Shown here: in pieces, positions 1 to 7,513 of the stretch
How positions within the stretch are numbered: position 1 is the stretch's first letter
Layout: each line of letters begins with the position of its first letter
Origin: an uncultured Sandaracinaceae bacterium
GTDB taxonomy: Bacteria; Myxococcota_A; Polyangia; Polyangiales; Houyiibacteriaceae
NCBI GenBank assembly: GCA_964495565.1
Contig: CAZBWQ010000010.1
Span: 3,037 to 67,036 of the forward strand
Length of the DNA: 64,000 bases
Direction of reading: 5' to 3'
Made by a program: the position numbers and the translations under genes
The notes under the pieces: model-generated
What the model was told of the DNA's origin: nothing
The model's database searches: none
The model's input: the letters and a program-made list of their open reading frames with translations, nothing else

Positions 1-42
1 TCGTTGTCCACGGCAGAATGCTGCGCCTCGGCCTCGGGCCGG

Positions 43-438
43 TCAACACGGCGCCGTCGCGTCGACCAGCCGACCCAGGCGGCGGTACTTGCCCTCGAAC
101 ATTTCGATCCATTCGTCCAGCTTGGCGAGCTCGTCGGCGTCGAGACCCTCGAGGTTGCTGGTGAAGTCCTCCGGATCGAACGAGACCTTCGCGAGCGCCC
201 GAGTGCAATCCTTGCCGGCGAACGAGGCATAGGGGCCCCCTGGCCCGTAGAAGTCGCGGCCCCGGGTCACGTCGTAGACGTGACCTTTGATCGCGATGAG
301 AAGCGGTCGGCTCGGATCCGTTCCATCGAACTCAGCGAGCTCGGCCCGGGTGTAATCACGTGCCTCGGCTTCGGGAATCGGAGCCGCCGGCGCTTCTCCT
401 CTGCCCAACAACCGCGCGAAGAAACGTCGCACCGACAT
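43..438 (-). CDS. cytochrome b5-like heme/steroid-binding (MAPR/PGRMC-like) protein
   Basis: 131-aa ORF. ELAEFDGTDPSRPLLIAIKGHVYDVTRGRDFYGPGGPYASFAGKDCTRALAK matches the MAPR-type cyt-b5 domain signature. Co-directional, just downstream of amtB. Confidence 0.7.
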   Translation of the reverse strand: MSVRRFFARLLGRGEAPAAPIPEAEARDYTRAELAEFDGTDPSRPLLIAIKGHVYDVTRGRDFYGPGGPYASFAGKDCTRALAKVSFDPEDFTSNLEGLDADELAKLDEWIEMFEGKYRRLGRLVDATAPC

Positions 439-506
439 ACGCCAGCCGTACGACGAAAGCCGGCCGGAGACAATGTCTCTGCGTTACCCCGGCCCCACCG
501 GCTTCC

Positions 507-1739
507 TCATTCGGTGAGGCCTCCGGCGCCACCCATGTGGTAGCCCTCCTCGCCGTGCAAGCTCGTGTCTAGGCCATCGCGTTCTTGGTCCTGGGTCACG
601 CGAAGGCCGATGGTCACATCGAGGATCTTGAGAATGGCGAAGGTGACGACCACCGAGTACGCGGCCGCCGCGATGACCCCGAGAACGTTCTCGACGAACA
701 GCTCGCTGTTCCCTCCGATCAAGCCATCGGCGCCGCCCCACGCCGCGCTCGCCAACACGCCGGTCAACACCGCACCGAGCGCACCCCCGACGCCGTGAAT
801 TCCGAAAGCATCGAGCGCGTCGTCGTAACCAAGCTTTCCTTTGAGCATCACGGCCCCGTAGCAGACCGGCCCGGCAACCAGCCCCATGAGGACGGCCGCG
901 ACCGGGCCCACGAACCCCGCCGCCGGAGTGATGCACACGAGCCCTGCGACCAAGCCCGAAGCCACGCCGAGCGCAGTCGGCTTTCGCTGCTTGACCCACT
1001 CGGCGACCGCCCAGGAAAACGCGGCGGCGCCCGCGGCGAGATGCGTGTTGACCAGAGCGAGCGCGGCGTTGGCGTTGGAAGCAAGCGCGCTTCCCGCATT
1101 GAAGCCGAACCAGCCGAACCAAAGCATGCCCGCACCGAGCAAGGTCAAGGTGAGGTTGTGCGGAGGGCCTCGACGACGCCTGGAGCCGATCACCATCGCA
1201 CACACGAGCGCGGCGGTGCCGGACGAGAGATGCACGACCGTGCCGCCCGCGAAGTCGAGGGCCCCGCGAGCCCCCAGCCAGCCGTCCGGGCCCCAGACCC
1301 AATGGCAAATCGGGTCATAGACCAACGTTGCCCAAAGGACGATGAACAAGAGATAAGCCGAAAACTTCATTCGCTCCGCGATGGCTCCCGAGATGAGCGC
1401 AGGCGTGATGATCGCGAACATCATCTGGAACGCCATGAAGAGCAGGTGCGGGATCGTGGAGCCCTCCTGCGGCTCGAGACCGACGCCTCGCAAAAACACG
1501 TACTCGAAGCCGCCGATCAAACCGCCACCGGCATCGGCACCGAATGACAAGGAGTACCCGATCACCACCCACTGCAACGTGATGATGCCGAGCGCGATGA
1601 AGCTGTGCATGAACGAAGACAAGACGTTTCGCTGATTGACCATGCCACCGTAGAAAAACGCGAGCCCCGGCGTCATCAGCATCACCAACGCACACGAAAC
1701 CATGAGCCACGCCGTGTCGGCTTGATTGATCGCATCCAT
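507..1739 (-). CDS. amtB: ammonium transporter (Amt/MEP family)
   Basis: 410-aa polytopic ORF. ADTAWLMVSCALVMLMTPGLAFFYGGMV, DFAGGTVVHLSSG and FGIHGVGGALGAVLTG are canonical Amt motifs. Confidence 0.95.
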   Translation of the reverse strand: MDAINQADTAWLMVSCALVMLMTPGLAFFYGGMVNQRNVLSSFMHSFIALGIITLQWVVIGYSLSFGADAGGGLIGGFEYVFLRGVGLEPQEGSTIPHLLFMAFQMMFAIITPALISGAIAERMKFSAYLLFIVLWATLVYDPICHWVWGPDGWLGARGALDFAGGTVVHLSSGTAALVCAMVIGSRRRRGPPHNLTLTLLGAGMLWFGWFGFNAGSALASNANAALALVNTHLAAGAAAFSWAVAEWVKQRKPTALGVASGLVAGLVCITPAAGFVGPVAAVLMGLVAGPVCYGAVMLKGKLGYDDALDAFGIHGVGGALGAVLTGVLASAAWGGADGLIGGNSELFVENVLGVIAAAAYSVVVTFAILKILDVTIGLRVTQDQERDGLDTSLHGEEGYHMGGAGGLTE

Positions 1740-1874
1740 CCCCGGTCCTCCTTGAAAGTCGGCCGGAGCCTAAACCCGCCGTGTTTCCGGCAAATGTGTC
1801 GAAGGTTTCGGGTTTGTTTCGCCCGGCCAGAAATGCCTGGCATGGGGTGCGGATTCGTCTACATTTCCGGCTAG

Positions 1875-2069
1875 ATGCGAATCGTTCACGACAAAGAGCG
1901 CTGCGCCGGGCACGGCCAGTGTGTGGGTGTGGCTCCGGAGCTATTCAAATTCGCCGCCGACGGGTCACTGATCGTCATCGAAGCCAACCCGCCCGAGGAG
2001 CTGCGCGAGGCCGCACAAGACGCCGTGGACATATGCCCAGTCCAGGCGCTGTCGATCGCCGAAGACTGA
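1875..2069 (+). CDS. small single-cluster ferredoxin
   Basis: 64 aa. KERCAGHGQCVGVAPELF ... DAVDICPVQAL has the Cys spacing of mini 3Fe-4S/4Fe-4S ferredoxins. Confidence 0.8.
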   Translation: MRIVHDKERCAGHGQCVGVAPELFKFAADGSLIVIEANPPEELREAAQDAVDICPVQALSIAED

Positions 2070-2211
2070 AATTCGAGGTTTTTTTGCGGTCAGACCGGGG
2101 GTGCAAGCGGAAGTGATTTCGGTTACAACTTCCCCCGGCGAGCCACACCCATTGGCGGGTGGAAACGCTCGATGACCGCGAGGTCAAGACGAAAACAGAG
2201 AGGCAATATCA

Positions 2212-2553
2212 ATGAAATCCGTAGCTGAGTTCTTCGAGAAGTTTGAGAAGCGCGCCGCTGAAAATACCGACGCGGCCACCGCCCCCAACGCAGTGTACCA
2301 GTTCAACATCACCGGTGACGGCGGCGGCGAATGGAACCTCGACCTCACGAAGGGGAAGACCGATGGCTTCGTCGGCGAAGGCAAGCACGACAACCCGGGT
2401 GCGACCATTACCGTTTCGGCCGACGACTGGTTGGGGATGCTCAACGGGTCGCTCAACCCCATGCAGGCGTTCATGTCCGGCAAGATCAAGATCGACGGCG
2501 ACATGACGCTGGCGATGAGCCTTCAGCAAGTGATGAACCTCGCCCAAGACTGA
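2212..2553 (+). CDS. SCP2 sterol/lipid-carrier domain protein
   Basis: 113 aa. YQFNITGDGGGEWNLDL...ATITVSADDWLGMLNGSLNPMQAFMSGKIKIDGDM is a typical SCP-2 fold signature. GAGAGG SD lies upstream of the ATG. Confidence 0.75.
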   Translation: MKSVAEFFEKFEKRAAENTDAATAPNAVYQFNITGDGGGEWNLDLTKGKTDGFVGEGKHDNPGATITVSADDWLGMLNGSLNPMQAFMSGKIKIDGDMTLAMSLQQVMNLAQD

Positions 2554-2578
2554 GCCTTCCAACGGTCGTGCTCGATCG

Positions 2579-2612
2579 GGGTGGCTTCTTCGACTGGAAG
2601 CCACCCTTTTTT
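2579..2612 (+). terminator. rho-independent terminator after the SCP2 gene
   Basis: Perfect 10-bp stem gggtggcttc (2579-2588) / gaagccaccc (2597-2606), 8-nt loop, then tttttt (2607-2612). Confidence 0.75.
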
Positions 2613-2619
2613 GTGAGTC

Positions 2620-3237
2620 ATGCCCTCATCCAGCGAAAGACCTAGCGATGCTTCGCGTACGAGGCTGAGCCCGGAGGACCGGCAGCAGCAGCTCCTCCGA
2701 GTCACCTCCGACATCATCGCGACGGATGGAGTCGACAACGTGCGGATCCCGTACGTCGCTTCGGCGGCAGGGATCACGCGCCCGGTGGTCTACAAGTTCT
2801 TCCCGAATCGGCACGAGCTGATCAAGGGCGTTCTCGAAGACTTCCGGGATGATTTCATGAGCCGGGCGCCCGACATCCTGCACAGCGAAGAGAACGCCGA
2901 CGTGGCCGCCATCGCGCGGGCGTTCATCGACGCGGCGTGCGATACGATCGAGGCCCGCGGGTCGGGCGGTTGGCAACTTCTCCGATCGGTCGCGCCCGAT
3001 CAGGAAATCTCCGAGATCAGCAAGGAATTCAGGCGCCAGCTCGTGCAACCGTGGTTGATCCCGCTGCGCGAGCTGACCGGGGTGGACGACGCCGAAGCGC
3101 TCGCGCTGGCGGACATGATGCTGACGGGGGCCGGCGAGATTTTGCAGCGGTGGATCGATGGCGAGTTCACACGCCAGCAGGTGGCAACTTTGCTCGGACG
3201 GATCATCATGGCGGTGTTGAACGAGTTTACGGAATGA
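2620..3237 (+). CDS. TetR/AcrR family transcriptional regulator
   Basis: 205 aa. N-terminal HTH: RQQQLLRVTSDIIATDGVDNVRIPYVASAAGITRPVVYKFFPNRHELI. Stop overlaps the menB start (ATGA at 3234-3237). Confidence 0.85.
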   Translation: MPSSSERPSDASRTRLSPEDRQQQLLRVTSDIIATDGVDNVRIPYVASAAGITRPVVYKFFPNRHELIKGVLEDFRDDFMSRAPDILHSEENADVAAIARAFIDAACDTIEARGSGGWQLLRSVAPDQEISEISKEFRRQLVQPWLIPLRELTGVDDAEALALADMMLTGAGEILQRWIDGEFTRQQVATLLGRIIMAVLNEFTE

Positions 3238-4142
3238 GCAAAGCCATGGTTTCCGAGATATTCGATGCGTCCAAATGGGTCGAGGTCGAGGGCTTCGATT
3301 TCGAGGACATCACCTATCACCGAGCCAAAGAGCAAGGCACGGTGCGGATCGCGTTCGACCGACCGGAGGTGCGCAACGCGTTCCGACCTGGCACCGTCGA
3401 CGAGCTCTACCGCGCCTTGGACCATGCGCGCCAAACGCCCGACGTCGGATGCGTGCTGTTGACTGGCAACGGCCCCTCACCCAAAGACGGCGGCTGGGCG
3501 TTCTGCTCGGGCGGCGACCAGCGGATCCGCGGCAAGGACGGATACAAGTACGAGACCGATTCGGCGGGCGAAGTCGACCCGGCGAAGCTCGGACGCCTGC
3601 ACATCCTGGAAGTCCAACGTCTGATTCGCTTCATGCCGAAGATCGTCATCGCGGTCGTACCTGGGTGGGCGGTCGGAGGCGGCCACAGCCTGCACGTCGT
3701 TTGCGACATGACCATCGCCAGCAAGGAGCACGCGCTCTTCAAACAGACCGACCCCGACGTCGCGAGCTTCGACAGTGGGTACGGATCGGCCCTTCTGGCG
3801 CGGCAGGTCGGACAAAAGAAGGCGCGCGAGGTCTTCTTCGTGGGCCTGAGCTACAGCGCGGAGGAGGCGGCCGCCATGGGAATGGTCAACGCCGTGGTGC
3901 CTCACGCCGAGCTCGAAAGCTTCGCGCTTTCCTGGGGCGAAGCCATCAACTCGAAGAGCCCGACGGCGATGCGGATGCTCAAGTTCGGGTTCAACATGGT
4001 CGACGACGGTCTGGTCGGTCAGCAGATTTTCGCCGGAGAGGCGACCCGGTTGGCTTATGGCACCGAAGAAGCACAGGAAGGCCGCGATGCGTTTCTCGAA
4101 AAGCGCCCTCAGGACTACCGGAAGTTCCCCTGGCACTATTGA
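3234..4142 (+). CDS. menB: 1,4-dihydroxy-2-naphthoyl-CoA synthase (crotonase superfamily)
   Basis: Internal ATG 3234 of the 2937-4142 ORF chosen; the upstream part is an Arg/Gly-rich GC artefact overlapping TetR. LTGNGPSPKDGGWAFCSGGDQRIRGKDGYKY and C-terminal FLEKRPQDYRKFPWHY are MenB-type signatures. Confidence 0.85.
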   Translation: MSKAMVSEIFDASKWVEVEGFDFEDITYHRAKEQGTVRIAFDRPEVRNAFRPGTVDELYRALDHARQTPDVGCVLLTGNGPSPKDGGWAFCSGGDQRIRGKDGYKYETDSAGEVDPAKLGRLHILEVQRLIRFMPKIVIAVVPGWAVGGGHSLHVVCDMTIASKEHALFKQTDPDVASFDSGYGSALLARQVGQKKAREVFFVGLSYSAEEAAAMGMVNAVVPHAELESFALSWGEAINSKSPTAMRMLKFGFNMVDDGLVGQQIFAGEATRLAYGTEEAQEGRDAFLEKRPQDYRKFPWHY

Positions 4143-4181
4143 CCCAGCGCTTCCATTTCGGCCTCGGATTGCCTATCTTCC

Positions 4182-4733
4182 TTGGATTCGAAGCAAAAAC
4201 GTGCCAGATCAGCACACTGGAGAACGGAGTCAGTCATCTCGAGCAAGATATTCGTAGGGAACCTCAATTTCGCAACGACGGACGAAGAGCTTCGCGCGCT
4301 GTTCGGAGAAATTGGGGAAGTCGTGGACGTTCACATTCCGAAGGATCGCGAGACGGGCCGCCCGAGGGGCTTCGCGTTCGTTCGATTCGCCTCGGAGGAG
4401 CACGCACGGCAAGCGGTCGAGCAGATGCACGGCCGTGAGGTCGGCGGACGTGCGCTGCGGTTGGACATTGCGGAGGACCGACCGCGTCCTGCTCGCCCGC
4501 GGCGAGATTTCAAGGCCCGGCCCGATCGGCGCGCAAACGGACCGCGTCACGCGGATGATCTGCCGGACGCCGATCTCGCGCAGCAGGATTACGGCCGTTA
4601 CGACTACGGCCGTGAAGCCCACGGGGACGACGACTTCGATCGCGACGGCGGCCGTGGGGGCAAGTCCTTCGGCAAAGCGAAGAGGCCCAAGGGCAGCCGT
4701 CGCGGCTTACGCGCAAAGAAACGAAGCCTTTGA
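4182..4733 (+). CDS. RRM-type RNA-binding protein with Arg/Asp-rich tail
   Basis: RNP2 KIFVGNL and RNP1 RGFAFVRF motifs. The only in-frame start is ATG 4182, which gives a 20-aa N-terminal extension. Confidence 0.85.
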   Translation: MDSKQKRARSAHWRTESVISSKIFVGNLNFATTDEELRALFGEIGEVVDVHIPKDRETGRPRGFAFVRFASEEHARQAVEQMHGREVGGRALRLDIAEDRPRPARPRRDFKARPDRRANGPRHADDLPDADLAQQDYGRYDYGREAHGDDDFDRDGGRGGKSFGKAKRPKGSRRGLRAKKRSL

Positions 4734-4747
4734 GGCGCACAAAAAAT

Positions 4748-4777
4748 CTCGGGCGAGGTGCGAACACCCCGCCCGAG
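4748..4777. terminator. GC hairpin, possible bidirectional terminator/insulator
   Basis: 8-bp stem ctcgggcg (4748-4755) / cgcccgag (4770-4777), 14-nt loop. An A6 run lies upstream (T-run on the minus strand) and a weak gttgtgttgt tract downstream. Confidence 0.35.
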
Positions 4778-5066
4778 CGCCCGTTGTGTTGTACCCCCAA
4801 GGAGTTCGAATCTCGATTTGCCCTGCCGGAAGGGTTGCTGATCGGCCTACCGACAGTGTTACGGTAAAGCTTCGGAGTTACGGTTGTCAACAGGTATTTT
4901 GTCGCACAATTGTCCAACGGTTCCATGAGGTTGACGGTGCGAGGCCGAGCATTTCTTTCGACGCGTAGCTTCGAGCCGCAGACGCCAGGCCGGCCGAGTG
5001 ACGCGGCCGAAGCGTCCTGCTATCAGCAAGGTACCGGGCGGGCAGAGGGCAAGACGAGAGAGATCG

Positions 5067-5276
5067 ATGAAGAACGACGCGGGGGATAGGAACGAGCTCG
5101 ATCGAGCGAGGCGCCATTTTCTCAAAGCCGCGACCTACACGGCGCCGGCGATTCTCGCGACGATCACCCTGAACAGGGCCCACGCGCAGGCTGCGTCGTG
5201 CAATCCGTCGACCTGCGCGCCTGGGGTATGCAATCCGAACGACTGCATGCCGCTGGCCTGCATGCCCTTCGCCTGA
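5067..5276 (+). CDS. candidate RiPP precursor: twin-arginine-signal peptide with (C-x-P-x-x)x5 core
   Basis: 69 aa from ATG 5067 (GAGAGAG 4-10 nt upstream; GTG 4998 is an alternative start): MKNDAGDRNELDRARRHFLKAATYTAPAILATITLNRAHAQAASCNPSTCAPGVCNPNDCMPLACMPFA. Stop TGA overlaps the rSAM ATG (TGATG at 5274-5278). Confidence 0.6.
   Translation: MKNDAGDRNELDRARRHFLKAATYTAPAILATITLNRAHAQAASCNPSTCAPGVCNPNDCMPLACMPFA
5199..5273 (+). repeat. five contiguous in-register pentapeptide repeats C-x-P-x-x (peptide core)
   Basis: CNPST-CAPGV-CNPND-CMPLA-CMPFA, with invariant Cys1 and Pro3. The repeat runs exactly to the stop codon. tgcaatccg and tgcatgcc are each repeated at DNA level. Confidence 0.9.
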
Positions 5277-6418
5277 TGAGCCTCATGGACGGACGCAAGG
5301 CCGGCTACTTCTTGCCCGACGATTGGATCCTCTGGCAGAGCGAAGGACGGCTCGAAGCCATCCAGCTGAGCAGCGGCGAGCAAATTCGAATCGAGTGCGG
5401 CACGGAGGCAGGCGCGCTGACCGACCGGCTGTCGGCTTCGGTTTGGGATTCGCTCGCCCGATTCGAGCCTCTCGTGGGACAGCTCCGCGCACGACTGCGC
5501 GAGCAGCCTCTGCAACCGCTCACGCGCCAGGCAGTACTGCGCGGCTCCGGGTGGAGGCAGCTCTTCGTCGAGCTCACCAGCAAGTGCAACGAGCAATGCG
5601 TGCACTGCTATGCCGAGTCGTCGCCGCATCGCGTCGAGGCTTTGTCGTGGCCGGAGCTCCAAGGCGTGCTCGAGGACGCCAAGGCATTGGGCTTCGGCTT
5701 GGTGCAGCTCACCGGGGGCGATCCGCTCGTCAGCCCGCATTGCCTTCCGGCGGTGGAGCTCGGCCGCACGCTCGGAATTCCGCAGATCGAAATCTACACC
5801 AACGGGCTCGCACTGCGGGGAACGACCTACGACCGGCTGCGGGCGCTTCGACCGTCGTTTGCTTTTTCCTTCTACTCCCACGACCCCCAAACCCATGACG
5901 CGATCACCCAAACCGCGGGAAGTCATGCCCGCACCACGAGAGCGATTCGACGGGCCGTACGAGACGGGTTGCAGGTCCGAGTCGGCATGATTGCCATGGA
6001 GCAAAACCGAGGCCACGCATCGCGCGCGCGTGCTTACTTGCAAAGCCTCGGGGTAGCTCCTTCCGCGATCCGAATCGATCGAATGCGGGACGTCGGTCGC
6101 GGCCATCCCATGCAATGGGACGACGCCGACGACACGGCGGGCATGCGAGCAGGCGGCGTCGAGAGCGCCAAGCCGAGGAACTTCGGCGGCACGGCTGCGG
6201 TGAGCTACGACGGAAACGTCCATCCTTGCATCTTCAGCCGTCACCTTCTGCTCGGGTCGATCCGAAAGCAAAGCCTCGAAGCCATCCTGACGTCGGTCGA
6301 AGCGGTGGTCCCAGCCAAACGAAAGCTGCTGTCGGCCGCCCAGCAGTGGGAACAGAAGCTGGCCTGCTGGGAGTGCCGGGCCCGCTCTGCTCTGCTCGAC
6401 GGAAGTTACCATGCCTGA
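5276..6418 (+). CDS. radical SAM peptide-modifying enzyme (N-terminal extension; abridged SPASM/twitch-like C-terminus)
   Basis: CX3CX2C = CNEQCVHC (5585-5608) and a QLTGGDPL SAM-binding motif. C-terminal YDGNVHPCIF...LACWEC carries only 3 Cys. Start ATG 5276 chosen because the longer ORF from 5198 overlaps the peptide gene. Confidence 0.85.
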   Translation: MSLMDGRKAGYFLPDDWILWQSEGRLEAIQLSSGEQIRIECGTEAGALTDRLSASVWDSLARFEPLVGQLRARLREQPLQPLTRQAVLRGSGWRQLFVELTSKCNEQCVHCYAESSPHRVEALSWPELQGVLEDAKALGFGLVQLTGGDPLVSPHCLPAVELGRTLGIPQIEIYTNGLALRGTTYDRLRALRPSFAFSFYSHDPQTHDAITQTAGSHARTTRAIRRAVRDGLQVRVGMIAMEQNRGHASRARAYLQSLGVAPSAIRIDRMRDVGRGHPMQWDDADDTAGMRAGGVESAKPRNFGGTAAVSYDGNVHPCIFSRHLLLGSIRKQSLEAILTSVEAVVPAKRKLLSAAQQWEQKLACWECRARSALLDGSYHA

Positions 6419-6710
6419 CGCTTCGGAGCGGCGTGTGCCACGGCGCAAGAATACGCTCACGCACGAAGTCACCGAGACGGACGAAGTCGTGGTCTACGAC
6501 GGCAACCCCGAAAGCCCGCAACTGCTGGTGCTCAACGACACGGCCGCAGGCATTTGGCTCATGATCGACGGAAGCCGATCGGTGGCCGAGATCACGGCCG
6601 AAATTATGCGCCACGTCGACGCCGAACGCGAAACGGTGCTTCGGGACGTCATGGATTTCCTCGATGACCTCGAGCAACGGAAGCTGATCACGTGGAAAGA
6701 GGCCATCTAG
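6411..6710 (+). CDS. PqqD-family peptide chaperone (RRE-type)
   Basis: 99 aa. VVVYDGNPESPQLLVLNDTAAGIWLMIDGSRSVAEITAEIMRHV...VMDFLDDLEQRKLITW is a canonical PqqD pattern. 8-nt overlap with the rSAM gene. Confidence 0.8.
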   Translation: MPDASERRVPRRKNTLTHEVTETDEVVVYDGNPESPQLLVLNDTAAGIWLMIDGSRSVAEITAEIMRHVDAERETVLRDVMDFLDDLEQRKLITWKEAI

Positions 6711-7513
6711 AGAAGCACGAGATCTTTCTTTCCGGGCTTCACGTGAGCATCCGAAGCTCTTGCTCGAGAACCAACCGGTACATCCGGCGACATTGGTCGG
6801 CGGCTGCGTCCCCGATCATCCCTCCCGACTCCAAATGCGACATCGAAGTCATCGCTGACGAGTCACCTCGGATCTCGCTGGATGGAGAGATCGTGTGGGC
6901 GGACGACGACGCCGAGAGCTTGGTTGCTGGTTTCGAGGAACGGCTCTACCGACTTGCATTGGCACGGCACAAGCGCCGGCTTTCCGTGTTTCATGCCGCG
7001 GCGGTCGTCTCGGATGAGGCCACGGTGGTCTTTTCGGGACCCTCCGGCGCCGGCAAGAGCTCACTCGCGCTCGCCGCCGTCCGACGGGGTTGGAGGTACT
7101 TCTCCGACGAGTTCGTGGTGACGGACGGTCTGCGTGTGTGGGGTTGGCCGCGAGCCATCCGGTTCGACGCGCCGGAGGCTGGCGTTCGAACGCCGGACTA
7201 CCTCGAAGGGCTCGACCGCGACGAGGATGCCCTCGTCTCGGAGCCGAATCGAGCGCCACCCTACTATCTCGTCCCGGACCACGCCCTGCAGCGAACGACG
7301 TGCCCGGCGCGTGACGTGCGTTTCATCCGGATCGAGCCCGGTGAGACGACGGAGCTGACCCGCGTTTCGACGAGCGTCGGCCTGGCTCACTGGACCGAAG
7401 CCTCTTTCTTCGAGCCCCCGATGTCCTTGGGCGCGCTCGTGGGGCTCGATCGGACCTGGCACGCATCGTGGCACCACCCCGACGCGCTGATCGACTTGTT
7501 GGAGATCTCATGA
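6692..7513 (+). CDS. HPr-kinase-related (HprK-like) P-loop kinase
   Basis: SVFHAAAVVSDEATVVFSGPSGAGKSSLALAAVRRGWRYFSDEFVV resembles the HprK/P C-terminal kinase core (Walker A GPSGAGKS). Start uncertain: GTG 6692 or in-frame GTG 6743. Confidence 0.7.
   Translation: MERGHLEKHEIFLSGLHVSIRSSCSRTNRYIRRHWSAAASPIIPPDSKCDIEVIADESPRISLDGEIVWADDDAESLVAGFEERLYRLALARHKRRLSVFHAAAVVSDEATVVFSGPSGAGKSSLALAAVRRGWRYFSDEFVVTDGLRVWGWPRAIRFDAPEAGVRTPDYLEGLDRDEDALVSEPNRAPPYYLVPDHALQRTTCPARDVRFIRIEPGETTELTRVSTSVGLAHWTEASFFEPPMSLGALVGLDRTWHASWHHPDALIDLLEIS

Noticed and set aside
484-1308. Long antisense or out-of-frame ORFs throughout the track. Examples: 484-1308(-), 585-1547(+), 5135-6472(-), 7920-9275(-), 9152-10369(-), 21718-23532(-), 38686-41250(-), 42055-43848(-), 45257-46597(-), 55078-56388(-).
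   Set aside because: Their products are Arg/Gly/Pro/Ala-rich and low-complexity, with no motifs. They lie opposite or out of frame to genes with strong family signatures. This is the typical open-frame artefact of high-GC DNA.
1838-1850. TGGCAT-N4-TGC sequence resembling a sigma54 -24/-12 promoter in the amtB/ferredoxin intergenic region.
   Set aside because: The GG-to-GC spacing is 10 nt rather than the canonical 12. It is on the plus strand, pointing at the ferredoxin gene and not amtB. No convincing element is seen on the amtB strand.
2937-3233. N-terminal extensions of several long ORFs: menB 2937-3233, ACAD 33267-33518, leuC 49482-49886, malic enzyme 54580-54663, DUF4202 29652-30383, HdeD 30308-31054, aldolase 61418-62215, hydratase 63124-63867, ACAD 59180-59992.
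   Set aside because: The extensions are compositionally junk and overlap the upstream gene. Internal starts coincide with the conserved family N-termini, often at ATGA/GTGA/TGATG coupling sites.
4799-4826. tRNA-like T-arm sequence (aaGGAGTTCGAATCTCgatttgcc), possibly a tRNA gene or an att-site remnant marking an integrated island next to the RiPP cluster.
   Set aside because: Only 3 bp of the T-stem can pair (GAG/CTC). No matching acceptor 5' strand, D-arm or anticodon arm is found upstream, and there is no second copy in the window. This is not enough to call a tRNA fragment or an island boundary.
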